NCBI GenBank assembly: GCA_965200625.1
Contig: OZ241375.1
Coordinates: forward strand, 580,051-644,050
Direction: 5' to 3'
Source of the DNA: Dehalococcoidia bacterium
Lineage (GTDB): Bacteria; Chloroflexota; Dehalococcoidia; Bin125
Length of the DNA: 64,000 bases
Shown here: positions 36,252 through 44,987 of the stretch, piece by piece
Layout of the letters: the number at the start of each line of letters is the position of its first letter
Numbering within the stretch: position 1 is the first letter of the stretch
Notes under the pieces: model-generated
The model's input: the letters and a program-made list of their open reading frames with translations, nothing else
What the model was told of the DNA's origin: nothing
Database searches by the model: none
Made by a program: the position numbers and the translations under genes

Positions 36252-38144
36252 ATGGCCGAGGACCCGTTCGAGGCCGAATTGATGCTGCAGACCGGCGACG
36301 CCGCGGGCGTCGCCTCCGCGGACGACGTCGACGAGGACGAGTGGCTGCGCCGGATGCGCCATTCCGCCGCGCACGTCCTGGCGCAGGTCGTGCTGCGGAT
36401 GTTCCCCGACGGCAAGATCGCGATCGGCCCGCCGATCGATACCGGTTTCTACTACGACTTCGACCTGCCGCGCCCGCTGACGCCCGAGGACCTCACCGAG
36501 ATTCAGAAGCGGATGCGCAAGGAGATGCGCCGCAACCACCGCTTTATCTGGGAAGAGATCCCACTCGCCGAAGCGCGCCGCCGCTTTGCTGACCAACCCT
36601 TCAAACAGGAGTTGATCGACCAATTCTCAGTCGACTCCACCAATCTCGGCATCTGCACCCACGCGGAGTTCACCGACCTCTGCCGCGGCGGCCACGTGGA
36701 ATCAACCCGGCAGATCGGCCCGTTCCAGCTGACCGAGGTCGCCGGCGCGTACTGGCGCGGCGATGAGAATCGGCCGCAGCTGCAGCGCATCTACGGTGCA
36801 CTGTTCGCCACCAAAGCCGAGCTCAAAGCGCACTTCGCCCGCCTCGAGGAGGCGCAGCGCCGCGATCATCGCCGGCTGGGCCGCGAGCTGGAGCTGTTCG
36901 CCTTCTCCGAACTCGTCGGCGCCGGCGTCCCGCTGCTGCTGCCCGACGGCGCGGTCATCCGCCAGGAGATGGAGCGCCTGATCCGCGAGCTGCAGGACGC
37001 CCGCGGCTACCGCGAAGTGTGGACCGGCCACGTCGCCCGCGGTGAACTGTTCCGCCGCTCCGGGCACCTCGATAACTACGCCGACGTTATGTATCCCGCT
37101 ATGCACGAACCCGCCGGGCACGAACCCGCCGCGCCGGAGGACGGCGACGGAAACGATGGCGGCGACGGCAGTGACAGTGATGACCGGGAGGCCTACTTCC
37201 TCAAGCCGATGAACTGCCCCGTGCACATGACGCTCTACAACACCTCGCTGCATTCCTACCGCGAGTTGCCGCTGCGTTATGCCGAGTACACCACGCTCTA
37301 CCGCTACGAGAAGTCCGGCCAGCTGTCGGGCCTGACCCGCGTCCGCTCGCTGACTCAGGACGACTGCCACATCTTCATCACGCCCGAGCAGATTTCCGCC
37401 GAGGTCTCGCGGGTGCTGGAGCTGGTCCAGACGCTGTTCCAGACCTACGGGATGCCCAACTTCCGCTACGAGCTCTCGCTGCCCGGTGAAGGCGGCAAGT
37501 ACGTGGACAACCCGGAGGCGTGGCAGACCGCGGTCTCGGCGCTGCGCGACGCGCTGGATGATGCGGGCATCGATTATGTCGAACAGGAAGGCGAGGCCGC
37601 CTTCTACGGGCCCAAAGCAGACCTGTTCGTCTCCGACGTGATGGGCCGCGAGTGGCAGCTCTCGACGATCCAGCTTGACCTGATCCAGCCGGCCCGGCTG
37701 GGCTGCGTCTACATCGCCGCCGACGGCGAGAAGCACACGCCGGTCGTGATTCACCGGGCGATTCACGGCTCTTTCGAGCGCTTCCTCGGCATTCTGATCG
37801 AGCACTACGCGGGCGCGTTCCCGCTCTGGCTCGCGCCGGTGCAAGCGCGCTGCATTCCGATCGCTGACCGCCACCTCGACTGGGCGCACGCGATCGCCGC
37901 CGACCTGCTGGCGGCGGGGCTGCGCGTTGACGTGGACGACGGCAACGAGCGGATGCAGGCCAAGATCCGCAACGCGCAGCTCCGCAAGATTCCCTACATG
38001 CTGGTGATCGGCGACCGCGAGGTCGAGGCCGGTGAAGCGGCCGTGCGCGTGCGCAGCGGCGACGATCTGGGCGCAATGCCGCTCGACGAGATTCGCGCCA
38101 TGCTGACCGAGCTCAAGCGCACCCGCGCCATTGAACCGGCCTGA
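36252..38144 (+). CDS. thrS: Threonyl-tRNA synthetase (no N-terminal TGS domain)
   Basis: Editing-domain motifs HSAAHVLA and DLCRGGHV, catalytic motifs FLKPMNCPVH, YRYE.SG.L.GL.R.R..TQDD.HIF and QLD...P.R, and an anticodon-binding domain (P.Q...IPI.D......A). Confidence 0.9.
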   Translation: MAEDPFEAELMLQTGDAAGVASADDVDEDEWLRRMRHSAAHVLAQVVLRMFPDGKIAIGPPIDTGFYYDFDLPRPLTPEDLTEIQKRMRKEMRRNHRFIWEEIPLAEARRRFADQPFKQELIDQFSVDSTNLGICTHAEFTDLCRGGHVESTRQIGPFQLTEVAGAYWRGDENRPQLQRIYGALFATKAELKAHFARLEEAQRRDHRRLGRELELFAFSELVGAGVPLLLPDGAVIRQEMERLIRELQDARGYREVWTGHVARGELFRRSGHLDNYADVMYPAMHEPAGHEPAAPEDGDGNDGGDGSDSDDREAYFLKPMNCPVHMTLYNTSLHSYRELPLRYAEYTTLYRYEKSGQLSGLTRVRSLTQDDCHIFITPEQISAEVSRVLELVQTLFQTYGMPNFRYELSLPGEGGKYVDNPEAWQTAVSALRDALDDAGIDYVEQEGEAAFYGPKADLFVSDVMGREWQLSTIQLDLIQPARLGCVYIAADGEKHTPVVIHRAIHGSFERFLGILIEHYAGAFPLWLAPVQARCIPIADRHLDWAHAIAADLLAAGLRVDVDDGNERMQAKIRNAQLRKIPYMLVIGDREVEAGEAAVRVRSGDDLGAMPLDEIRAMLTELKRTRAIEPA

Positions 38145-38281
38145 TTCGGATCCGCTGACTCGATACTCTCCAAGCGGCGCGGCGGGTATGATCCTGATGG
38201 TCGCCCGCTGGTTGGCGGCAGCGCCGCCCGCGCGGAGGCATCGGTCGATTGCCGTTGCCCGACCGGTCGAGGGAGGGACGA

Positions 38282-39847
38282 ATGACTGACCCGCAACGCC
38301 CCTTCGACAAGTTACTGATCGCCAACCGCGGCGAGATCGCCGTCCGCGTGATTCGCGGCGCGCGCGATCTGGGCATCCAGACGGTCGCCGTCTTCTCCGA
38401 CGCCGACCGCACAGCCCGGCATGTGCGGATGGCCGACGAGGCGGTGCACATCGGCGGCTCGACTCCGGCCGAGAGTTATCTCTCCATCGATGCGGTGCTG
38501 AGTGCGGCCCGGGAGACCGGTGCCGACGCGATTCATCCGGGCTACGGATTTCTCTCGGAAAACGCGAACTTCGCCCGCGCCTGCCGCGAAGCGGGCATCA
38601 TCTTCGTCGGGCCCTCGCCGGAAGCCATCGAGCTGATGGGCGACAAGATCGAGTCCCGGCGCACGATGCAGCAGGCCGGCGTCCCGATCATCCCCGGCGC
38701 CGTTGACCCGCTCACCGATCCGCAGGAAGCGCAGCAGACCGCGGACGCGATCGGCTACCCGGTCGTGATCAAGGCGGCGGCGGGCGGCGGTGGACGCGGC
38801 ATCCGCGTCTTGGAATCGGCGGCGGAGATTGAGCGCGCCGTGCAGCAGGCGCAGGAGGAAGCGATCACCGCCTTCGGCGACGGCTCCGTGTTCGTGGAGA
38901 AGCTGCTCCGGCCCGCGCGGCATATCGAAATCCAGGTCGTCGCGGACAGTCTCGGCAACATCGTCTGCCTGGGCGAGCGTGACTGCTCGGCCCAGCGCCG
39001 GCGACAGAAGCTGGTCGAGGAGTCGCCCGCGCCGGGCATGACCCCGCAACTGCGGGCGCGAATGGAAGAGGCCGCGACCAACGCCGCCCGCGCCTGCGAC
39101 TACACCTCGACCGGCACCGTCGAGTTCCTCGTCTGGGACGACGACAACGCGCCGGACGGTCAGAGCTTCGCGTTTCTTGAGATGAACACGCGGCTGCAGG
39201 TCGAGCACCCCGTCACCGAGTTGGTGCGCGGCGTCGACCTCGTCCAGGATCAGCTGCGGATCGCAGGCGGGATGCCGCTGGGCTACACCGCTGCCGAGCG
39301 GCCGATCCGCGGCTGGGCGATGGAGTGCCGGATCACGGCCGAGGACCCGTACCGCGACTTTGCGCCGTCGGTCGGGCCGATCGCCTGGTACCGCGAGGCG
39401 GACGGACCGGGCGTGCGGCTGGACTCCATGCTCGCCCGCGGCGTCGGCGTGAGCCCGTACTACGACTCCCTGATCAGCAAGCTGATCACCTGGGGCGAGA
39501 CGCGCGAGCAGTGCATCCGCCGGATGAAGCGCGCGTTGGGCGAGTATCTGGTGATCGGCGTCAGCACGTCGATCCCGTTCCATCAGGCCTTGATGGACGA
39601 CGAACATTTCCGCCGCGGCGATATCCACACCCTCTACGTCGAGGAGCACGAGATCCTCAACCAGGCGGAACGGCCGGCCCGCAGCGTCGAAGCGGCGCTG
39701 GCGGCGGCGCTCTTCTTTCACACCCAGGGCGAACGCGCCGAGGAGCGCGGCGGCAGCGCCTCCACCCGGCGGCGACGCCCGTGGGCCCAGTCTGCGCGCG
39801 GGCGCCGATATCCAGTGGAGCAGGGATGGCGAAGAACTACCGGCTAA
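38282..39847 (+). CDS. accC: Biotin carboxylase subunit of an acyl-CoA carboxylase
   Basis: Re-called to the ATG at 38282, which follows GAGGGAGGGA (MTDPQRPFDKLLIANRGEIAVRVIRGARDLGI). It has ATP-grasp motifs GYPVVIKAAAGGGGRGIRV and EMNTRLQVEHPVTE. A ~70-aa Arg-rich C-terminal tail is unusual. Confidence 0.9.
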   Translation: MTDPQRPFDKLLIANRGEIAVRVIRGARDLGIQTVAVFSDADRTARHVRMADEAVHIGGSTPAESYLSIDAVLSAARETGADAIHPGYGFLSENANFARACREAGIIFVGPSPEAIELMGDKIESRRTMQQAGVPIIPGAVDPLTDPQEAQQTADAIGYPVVIKAAAGGGGRGIRVLESAAEIERAVQQAQEEAITAFGDGSVFVEKLLRPARHIEIQVVADSLGNIVCLGERDCSAQRRRQKLVEESPAPGMTPQLRARMEEAATNAARACDYTSTGTVEFLVWDDDNAPDGQSFAFLEMNTRLQVEHPVTELVRGVDLVQDQLRIAGGMPLGYTAAERPIRGWAMECRITAEDPYRDFAPSVGPIAWYREADGPGVRLDSMLARGVGVSPYYDSLISKLITWGETREQCIRRMKRALGEYLVIGVSTSIPFHQALMDDEHFRRGDIHTLYVEEHEILNQAERPARSVEAALAAALFFHTQGERAEERGGSASTRRRRPWAQSARGRRYPVEQGWRRTTG

Positions 39848-40344
39848 TCGTCCAGGGCGGATTGCAGGAAGTCGCCATCGCCGAGGACGGCGACGGCCAG
39901 TACCACGCCGAGTTCGACGGCCAGTCCTACGCGGTCGTCCTGGAATCGGTCGACGACAACACGCTCTTCCGGCTCTGGGTCAACGGCGAGCGCATCCCCA
40001 TCGCGATCCGCCGCGAAGGCATGGCGCTGGAGGTCTTCATCGGCCCCGATCGCTATGCCGCCGAGATTGAGCGCAGCGCCGGCGCGCTAACCCAGACGGG
40101 CCCGGCGATTGCGGGCGAGGTGCGGCTCTCCGCGCCCATGACCGGCCAGGTGACCGAGGTACTCGTCGCGCCCGGCGATCAGGTCCAGGAAGGCGACCCG
40201 CTGCTCGTCATGGTCGCGATGAAGATGAACAACGAGATCCGGTCACCGGCCGACGGACGGATCGTCGAAGTCGCCGTCGCGGCGGGCGACGCGGTCGATC
40301 AGGGCGATCTCATGCTCGTCATCGACACGGAATCCGGCGAATAA
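39826..40344 (+). CDS. accB: Biotin carboxyl carrier protein (biotinyl domain)
   Basis: Re-called to the ATG at 39826 (MAKNYRL...). The rest of the listed 339-aa ORF is out of frame over accC. The C-terminal biotinyl domain has MTGQV.EVLV.PGD.V..GD.L.VMVAMKMNNEI..P..G. Confidence 0.8.
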   Translation: MAKNYRLIVQGGLQEVAIAEDGDGQYHAEFDGQSYAVVLESVDDNTLFRLWVNGERIPIAIRREGMALEVFIGPDRYAAEIERSAGALTQTGPAIAGEVRLSAPMTGQVTEVLVAPGDQVQEGDPLLVMVAMKMNNEIRSPADGRIVEVAVAAGDAVDQGDLMLVIDTESGE

Positions 40345-40446
40345 TTCCCCAAGCCGCGCCGCGCGGTTTGAAACCTCGCGCGCGCGCGCCTACCATCGGC
40401 GCAACAGAGCCACCTCGACACCGGCTCGCAACGAAGGAGCGTCCCT

Positions 40447-41055
40447 CTGGCCGTCAAGGATCAACGAGAACACAAAGAACAGCGGGTCAACGAAGCGATT
40501 CGCATCCGCGAGGTGCGCGTCATCGGCGCGGAGGGCGAACAGCTCGGCGTCATGCAGACGATTCAGGCCCTCGACCTCGCCCGCGCGCAGGGCTTGGATC
40601 TGGTCGAGGTCGCCCCCAACGCGCGCCCGCCGGTCGCCAAGATGCTCGACTACGGACGCTTCAAGTACGAGCAGTCCAAGCGCGAACGCGAAGGCCGCCG
40701 CCGGCAGAAGGGCGCTTCCCTGCATCAGATCAAGATGCGCCCCAACATCGGCCGGCACGACATGGAGGCCAAGGGCCGCACGGCGGCGCGTTTGCTGCGC
40801 AACGGCGACAAGGTCAAGATCTCGATTATGTTCCGCGGCCGCGAGATCACGCACCGCAAGATCGGCCAGGAGCGCATCCAGGAGATGCTGGAGACGCTCG
40901 AAGAATACGAAGTGCCGACCGTGATCGAGAAGCCGATCTCGACCGAGGGCCGCTTCATGTCGGTGATCGTCGCTGAGGACAAGGCCAAGGCGAAAGCGCT
41001 GGCCAACGCGAAAGCGGCGGCCGCGGCCACGGAAGCCAGCGACGCCGCCGGCTAG
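40447..41055 (+). CDS. infC: Translation initiation factor IF-3 (non-canonical start; 5' end uncertain)
   Basis: The conserved IF-3 N-terminus NEAIRIREVRVIGAEGEQLG begins upstream of the first in-frame ATG/GTG/TTG (GTG 40513 encodes the V of EVRVIG). The frame is open back to a TGA at 40369. GAAGGAG at 40433-40439 is followed by CTG at 40447. ATT 40498 and ATC 40504 are alternatives. Confidence 0.85.
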   Translation: MAVKDQREHKEQRVNEAIRIREVRVIGAEGEQLGVMQTIQALDLARAQGLDLVEVAPNARPPVAKMLDYGRFKYEQSKREREGRRRQKGASLHQIKMRPNIGRHDMEAKGRTAARLLRNGDKVKISIMFRGREITHRKIGQERIQEMLETLEEYEVPTVIEKPISTEGRFMSVIVAEDKAKAKALANAKAAAAATEASDAAG

Positions 41056-41075
41056 CGGCGTCGCGCCGGCCCATC

Positions 41076-41105
41076 CTGGCTCGCACTGGCTCGAACTGGC
41101 TCTGT
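41076..41105. repeat. 3 x 10-bp tandem repeat (CTGGCTCGCA / CTGGCTCGAA / CTGGCTCTGT) in the infC-rpmI spacer
   Basis: Read directly from the sequence. It lies 21 nt after the infC stop and about 100 nt upstream of the rpmI start. Confidence 0.8.
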
Positions 41106-41202
41106 GTCGGGGCTGATTGGACAGTGTCGCGAGAGGGTCTAAGCTGGGCGGACGCGCCAGCGGATCGTTGCTGACGCGCGGCCGGGTTGGAGACGCTCAC
41201 CG

Positions 41203-41409
41203 ATGCCGAAGATGAAGACCCACAAGGGCGCGGCCAAGCGCTTCCGCATCACGCGAACGGGCAAAGTGATGCGCATGAAGGGCTACCGCGGCCACAACAA
41301 GCAGAAGAAGCACAAGCGCACCCTGCGCGCGCAGAACCGGATGCACGCCGTCAAGCGGCTGGGCGACCAGAAGCGAGTCAAGCGGCTCCTCCCCTACGGC
41401 TCCCCCTAG
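41203..41409 (+). CDS. rpmI: 50S ribosomal protein L35
   Basis: [23 protein letters not shown]......H is canonical L35. Confidence 0.95.
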   Translation: MPKMKTHKGAAKRFRITRTGKVMRMKGYRGHNKQKKHKRTLRAQNRMHAVKRLGDQKRVKRLLPYGSP

Positions 41410-41465
41410 CGCGATCCAGCGGCAATCAGGGGCGAGCCCGCGGCGATCAGAACAGGAACCGAACG

Positions 41466-41816
41466 ATGCCACGAGTCAAGGGCGGCCCACGCGAACGCCG
41501 CCGACACAAGAAAGTCCTCAAGCAGACCAAGGGGCATCACGGCGTCCGTCACCGCCTCTACCGCCGCGCCTCCGAGTCGCGGCTGCACGCGCTGTCCTAC
41601 GCCTACGCCCACCGCCGCGAGCGCAAAGGCGACATGCGCCGCCTCTGGATCCAGCGCATCAACGCGGCGGCCCGCCTCAACGGCACCACCTACAGCCGCC
41701 TGATGCACGCGCTCAAGCAGGCGGAGATCGAGATCGACCGCAAGGTGCTCGCCGACATGGCGCTGCACGACCCGGACGGCTTCAGCGCGATCGTCGAGCG
41801 GGCGCAAGCGTCCTGA
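41466..41816 (+). CDS. rplT: 50S ribosomal protein L20
   Basis: Re-called to the ATG at 41466: MPRVKGGPRERRRHKKVLKQTKG......YR.A.......L.YAY..RR..K...R.LWI.RINAAAR is canonical L20. The listed 41187 start is read-through in the same frame. Confidence 0.95.
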   Translation: MPRVKGGPRERRRHKKVLKQTKGHHGVRHRLYRRASESRLHALSYAYAHRRERKGDMRRLWIQRINAAARLNGTTYSRLMHALKQAEIEIDRKVLADMALHDPDGFSAIVERAQAS

Positions 41817-41861
41817 CCCGCTGACCAACCGAATCAGCCGGCGGAATCCGCCAACACCCCA

Positions 41862-41899
41862 GACGCCCGGCTTGCTCGAGCAGAGCAGCGCCGGGCGTC
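41862..41899. terminator. 10-bp perfect GC-rich hairpin between convergent rplT and 41938..42453
   Basis: GACGCCCGGC-(18 nt, itself partly self-complementary)-GCCGGGCGTC, followed by GTGGTGTGTG on the plus strand. It lies 46 nt after the rplT stop. Confidence 0.55.
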
Positions 41900-41937
41900 G
41901 TGGTGTGTGCGGGTCGATCTGAGCCGCGTTGGCGCAG

Positions 41938-42453
41938 CTAGGCGCTCGCCGCCAGCGTGGAGACGCCGTGGGAATCAGCAGGCAACTCGGCGGCGTCGCT
42001 CGCCGGCAGGCGCTCCAGCAGCCAGCGCGCGCCGTCGTCGTTGCGCAGCCAGGGCACGATCGCGGTCAGCGCCAGGAACTCGCGCAGGTGGAGCGCGTTT
42101 TTGATCACGGTCAACTCAATCTCGCGGCTGCGCTCGCCCCACTCGGCGGGCAGGTCCAGGTGCGCGTCCGCGAACGCCCGCGCGGCGATCCGCGCTACTT
42201 CGACATCCAGCTGCAGATAGGCGCGCAAGCGCCGCGCGACCAGCTCGTGCACGGCCTGCAGGGACGCCGCGCCCTCGCGCCGCGCCAGGGCGCGCATCAC
42301 CCGGCGCAGCTCAATCGGCGGCAGCGCGGTCGCGTCGTAGAGCGCGGCGGCGAGCTGGATGTGGTCCCCGGCGTCGTTCAGCCGATGCGTCAGATCGCCC
42401 AGCTCAAAGGCGCTGCCGTAGTGCTCAGACAGGTTCGGATGCACGTGAGTCAT
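41938..42453 (-). CDS. Hypothetical helical protein (171 aa)
   Basis: Re-called to the ATG at 42453, which follows GGAAGGA (MTHVHPNLSEHYGSAFELGDL...). No family recognised. Confidence 0.5.
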   Translation of the reverse strand: MTHVHPNLSEHYGSAFELGDLTHRLNDAGDHIQLAAALYDATALPPIELRRVMRALARREGAASLQAVHELVARRLRAYLQLDVEVARIAARAFADAHLDLPAEWGERSREIELTVIKNALHLREFLALTAIVPWLRNDDGARWLLERLPASDAAELPADSHGVSTLAASA

Positions 42454-42578
42454 GATCGGTTCCTTCCTCCCGTTTCTCGTCACGACCAATTCTGGCACTC
42501 TCCGCGTGAGAGTGCCAAATCGCCTGAGACACAGCAGGGACAGATTCAGACAACCACACAACAGAGCCGCGCCGGAGG

Positions 42579-44987
42579 CTAGGAATCCCGCAGCGTTGCG
42601 CCGAACTGCGACCCCAACCGCCGCACAATCCCGCGCCGCGCCTTCTCCACATCGCGGTCGGTCAGCGTCCGATCGGGTGAGCGGTAGTAGACGCGGAAGG
42701 CCAGCGACTTCGCGCCCGCCGGGATCTGATCGCCCGTGTAGACGTCGAACAGCTCCACCGATTCCACCAGTCCGTTGCCGGCAATCGCAGCCGCCAGCTC
42801 GCCGGCGGCGGTGGACGCATCGACAATCAGCGCCAGATCCTCAACGGCGGCGGGATAGATGGAGGGCGCGGGCACGGTGACGGTGGCCGACATCAAGGGC
42901 GCGAGTTGCGCGATCGAGAGCTCCAGGGCGAACACATCGCCCTCGACCTCAAACTGCGCGGCGACGGCGCGCGAGACCTTGCCAAGCGCCCCGACCCGGC
43001 GGCCGCGGACGTGGATCGAGGCCGACTGAGCGCTCACCAGAGCGGCGTCGCCAGCGTCAGCCGTGAGCGCGAACTCCACGCCCAGCCCGACCCCGAGTTG
43101 CTCGAGGACGCCTTTGGCGTCGTAGAAGTCCACCGCGCGCGCCGCTTCGCCGTGAATCGTCGCCGGCGACGCGCCGCCGAGGAGCGCCAATACCATACGC
43201 TCTTCAAACGGCTGCCGGACCGCCTGCCGCTTGAACGTCTTGCCGACCTCGTAGAGACCAAGGGCGCCGCGCGCCTCCCGCTGGTTGAGGGCGAAGGTCT
43301 GCAGGCCCCACGGGCGCAGGCTGGTGCGCATCCGGTTGCGGGCGGTGTTCATCGGATTCTGCAGCTGGACCGACGCGGCCTGGCCAGGCGCGCCGTCCGT
43401 CGCGCCGATCTCGTCCTCCCCGACCGCTGCATAGGTGATGATCTCGCGCAGCCCCAGACTGCTGAGCACGTCGCGGATGCGTTCGCTCAACCCGCGCTGC
43501 GGATCGATGTCCGGCTCGGGCACGGCGCCAGGCAGCGGCGCTGAGGGCAGGTTGTCGTAGCCCACAATGCGGCCGATCTCCTCAATCACATCGTCGGCCA
43601 CCTTGATGTCGGAGCGCCAGGGTGGACAGCTCACCGCGTAGCGGTCAGGCGGCAGCCAGCGGTTGGGAATGCCCAGCGCCGTGAGAATCCCGCGCGCCTC
43701 CTCAACGCTGGGCTGCACGCCCAGAATCTGCTCAATCCGCCGCTGGGTCACCACAACCTGAGGAACGTGCGCCTTGCCCGGATAGGCGTCCACCAGGCCG
43801 GCGTAGGCCGTGCCGCCGGCGGTCTCGATAATCAGCGTCGCGGCGCGGCGGGCGGCCAATTCGGCCAGCTCTGGGTTGAGCGACTTCTCAAACCGCCGGC
43901 TCGCCTCCGTGCCTGCCTCCAGATGCCGCGCGCGGCTGCGCCGGATTGAGGCCTCCTGGAAATTGGCCGTCTCCAGCAGAATCGTGGTCGTCGAATCAGA
44001 AATCTCCGACTCCGCGCCGCCCATGATCCCGGCCAGGGCGACCGCTCGCTCGGCGTCCGCGATCACGAGGTCGTCGGCGGCCAGCTGCAACTCCGAGCCG
44101 TCCAGCAGCTGCAGACGCTCCTCCGGGCGCGCCCGGCGCACGACGATTCGGTTCTCCCTCAGAATCTCGAAATCAAAAGCGTGCAGCGGCTGACCCCACT
44201 CGAGCATTACGTAGTTGGTCACATCGACGATGTTGTTGATCGGCCGCATCCCGGCAGCGGCCAGCGCGTCCTGCATCCACTGCGGCGACGGCCCGACGGT
44301 GACGCCGTCGATCACGATGACGGTGTAGCGCGGACAGCACTCAGCCACCTCGATCGCGACGCTGGTCAACTCCGCCGCCGGAGTCGCCGACTCCGGATAC
44401 GCCGCCGACGGTTCGCGCACCGCGCCGCCGGTCAGCGCCGCGACCTCGCGGGCGATGCCGAGAATGGAGAAGTGGTCCGGACGGTTGGGCGTCGGTTTGA
44501 CATCAAGCACGACGTCGCCGAGCACATCGGCCAACGGCGTCCCGAGCGCCGCGTCGGTGCTGAGCTCGAGGATGCCCTCGTGCTCATCGGAAAGGCCGAG
44601 CTCGCGCTCGGAGCAGATCATCCCCAGCGAGGTCACGCCGCGAATCTTGCCCTTGCGCAGCTTGCGCGGCTGGCGGGTGCCGGGATCGAGCAGCTGCGCG
44701 CCGACCTGGGCGAAAGCGATCGTCTGCCCCTGCGCCAGATTGGGCGCGCCGCAGACGACATGCAGCGGCTCCCCTGCCCCGTAGTCCACCGTCGCCAGCC
44801 GCAGGCGATCGGCGTTGGGATGCGGCTCGACGGCGGCGACGCGGCCCACGACCACTTGCGCCCAGTCGCCGCCGCTGCGCTTGATCGATTCGACCTCCGC
44901 GCCAGCCATGCTGAGCCGATGCGCCAGTTCGTCAACGGACAGCTTCCAGTCGACGTACCGCGCCAGCCACTTCAACGGGACATCCAT
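42579..44987 (-). CDS. pheT: Phenylalanyl-tRNA synthetase beta subunit
   Basis: MDVPLKWL..YV, the tRNA-binding domain (HPNADRL....VD.G), and B3/4, B5 and FDX-ACB modules along 802 aa. The start overlaps the pheS stop by 1 nt. Confidence 0.9.
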   Translation of the reverse strand: MDVPLKWLARYVDWKLSVDELAHRLSMAGAEVESIKRSGGDWAQVVVGRVAAVEPHPNADRLRLATVDYGAGEPLHVVCGAPNLAQGQTIAFAQVGAQLLDPGTRQPRKLRKGKIRGVTSLGMICSERELGLSDEHEGILELSTDAALGTPLADVLGDVVLDVKPTPNRPDHFSILGIAREVAALTGGAVREPSAAYPESATPAAELTSVAIEVAECCPRYTVIVIDGVTVGPSPQWMQDALAAAGMRPINNIVDVTNYVMLEWGQPLHAFDFEILRENRIVVRRARPEERLQLLDGSELQLAADDLVIADAERAVALAGIMGGAESEISDSTTTILLETANFQEASIRRSRARHLEAGTEASRRFEKSLNPELAELAARRAATLIIETAGGTAYAGLVDAYPGKAHVPQVVVTQRRIEQILGVQPSVEEARGILTALGIPNRWLPPDRYAVSCPPWRSDIKVADDVIEEIGRIVGYDNLPSAPLPGAVPEPDIDPQRGLSERIRDVLSSLGLREIITYAAVGEDEIGATDGAPGQAASVQLQNPMNTARNRMRTSLRPWGLQTFALNQREARGALGLYEVGKTFKRQAVRQPFEERMVLALLGGASPATIHGEAARAVDFYDAKGVLEQLGVGLGVEFALTADAGDAALVSAQSASIHVRGRRVGALGKVSRAVAAQFEVEGDVFALELSIAQLAPLMSATVTVPAPSIYPAAVEDLALIVDASTAAGELAAAIAGNGLVESVELFDVYTGDQIPAGAKSLAFRVYYRSPDRTLTDRDVEKARRGIVRRLGSQFGATLRDS

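Noticed and set aside
36702-39721. Minus-strand ORFs 36702..37889 (395 aa) and 38312..39721 (469 aa)
   Set aside because: They are antisense to thrS and accC respectively. Both plus-strand genes carry canonical motifs.
40351-40369. Hairpin AAGCCGCG-CCG-CGCGGTTT after accB as an intrinsic terminator
   Set aside because: The stem is plausible, but the loop is only 3 nt and the T residues are consumed by the stem. I did not list it as a feature. It may still attenuate read-through into infC.
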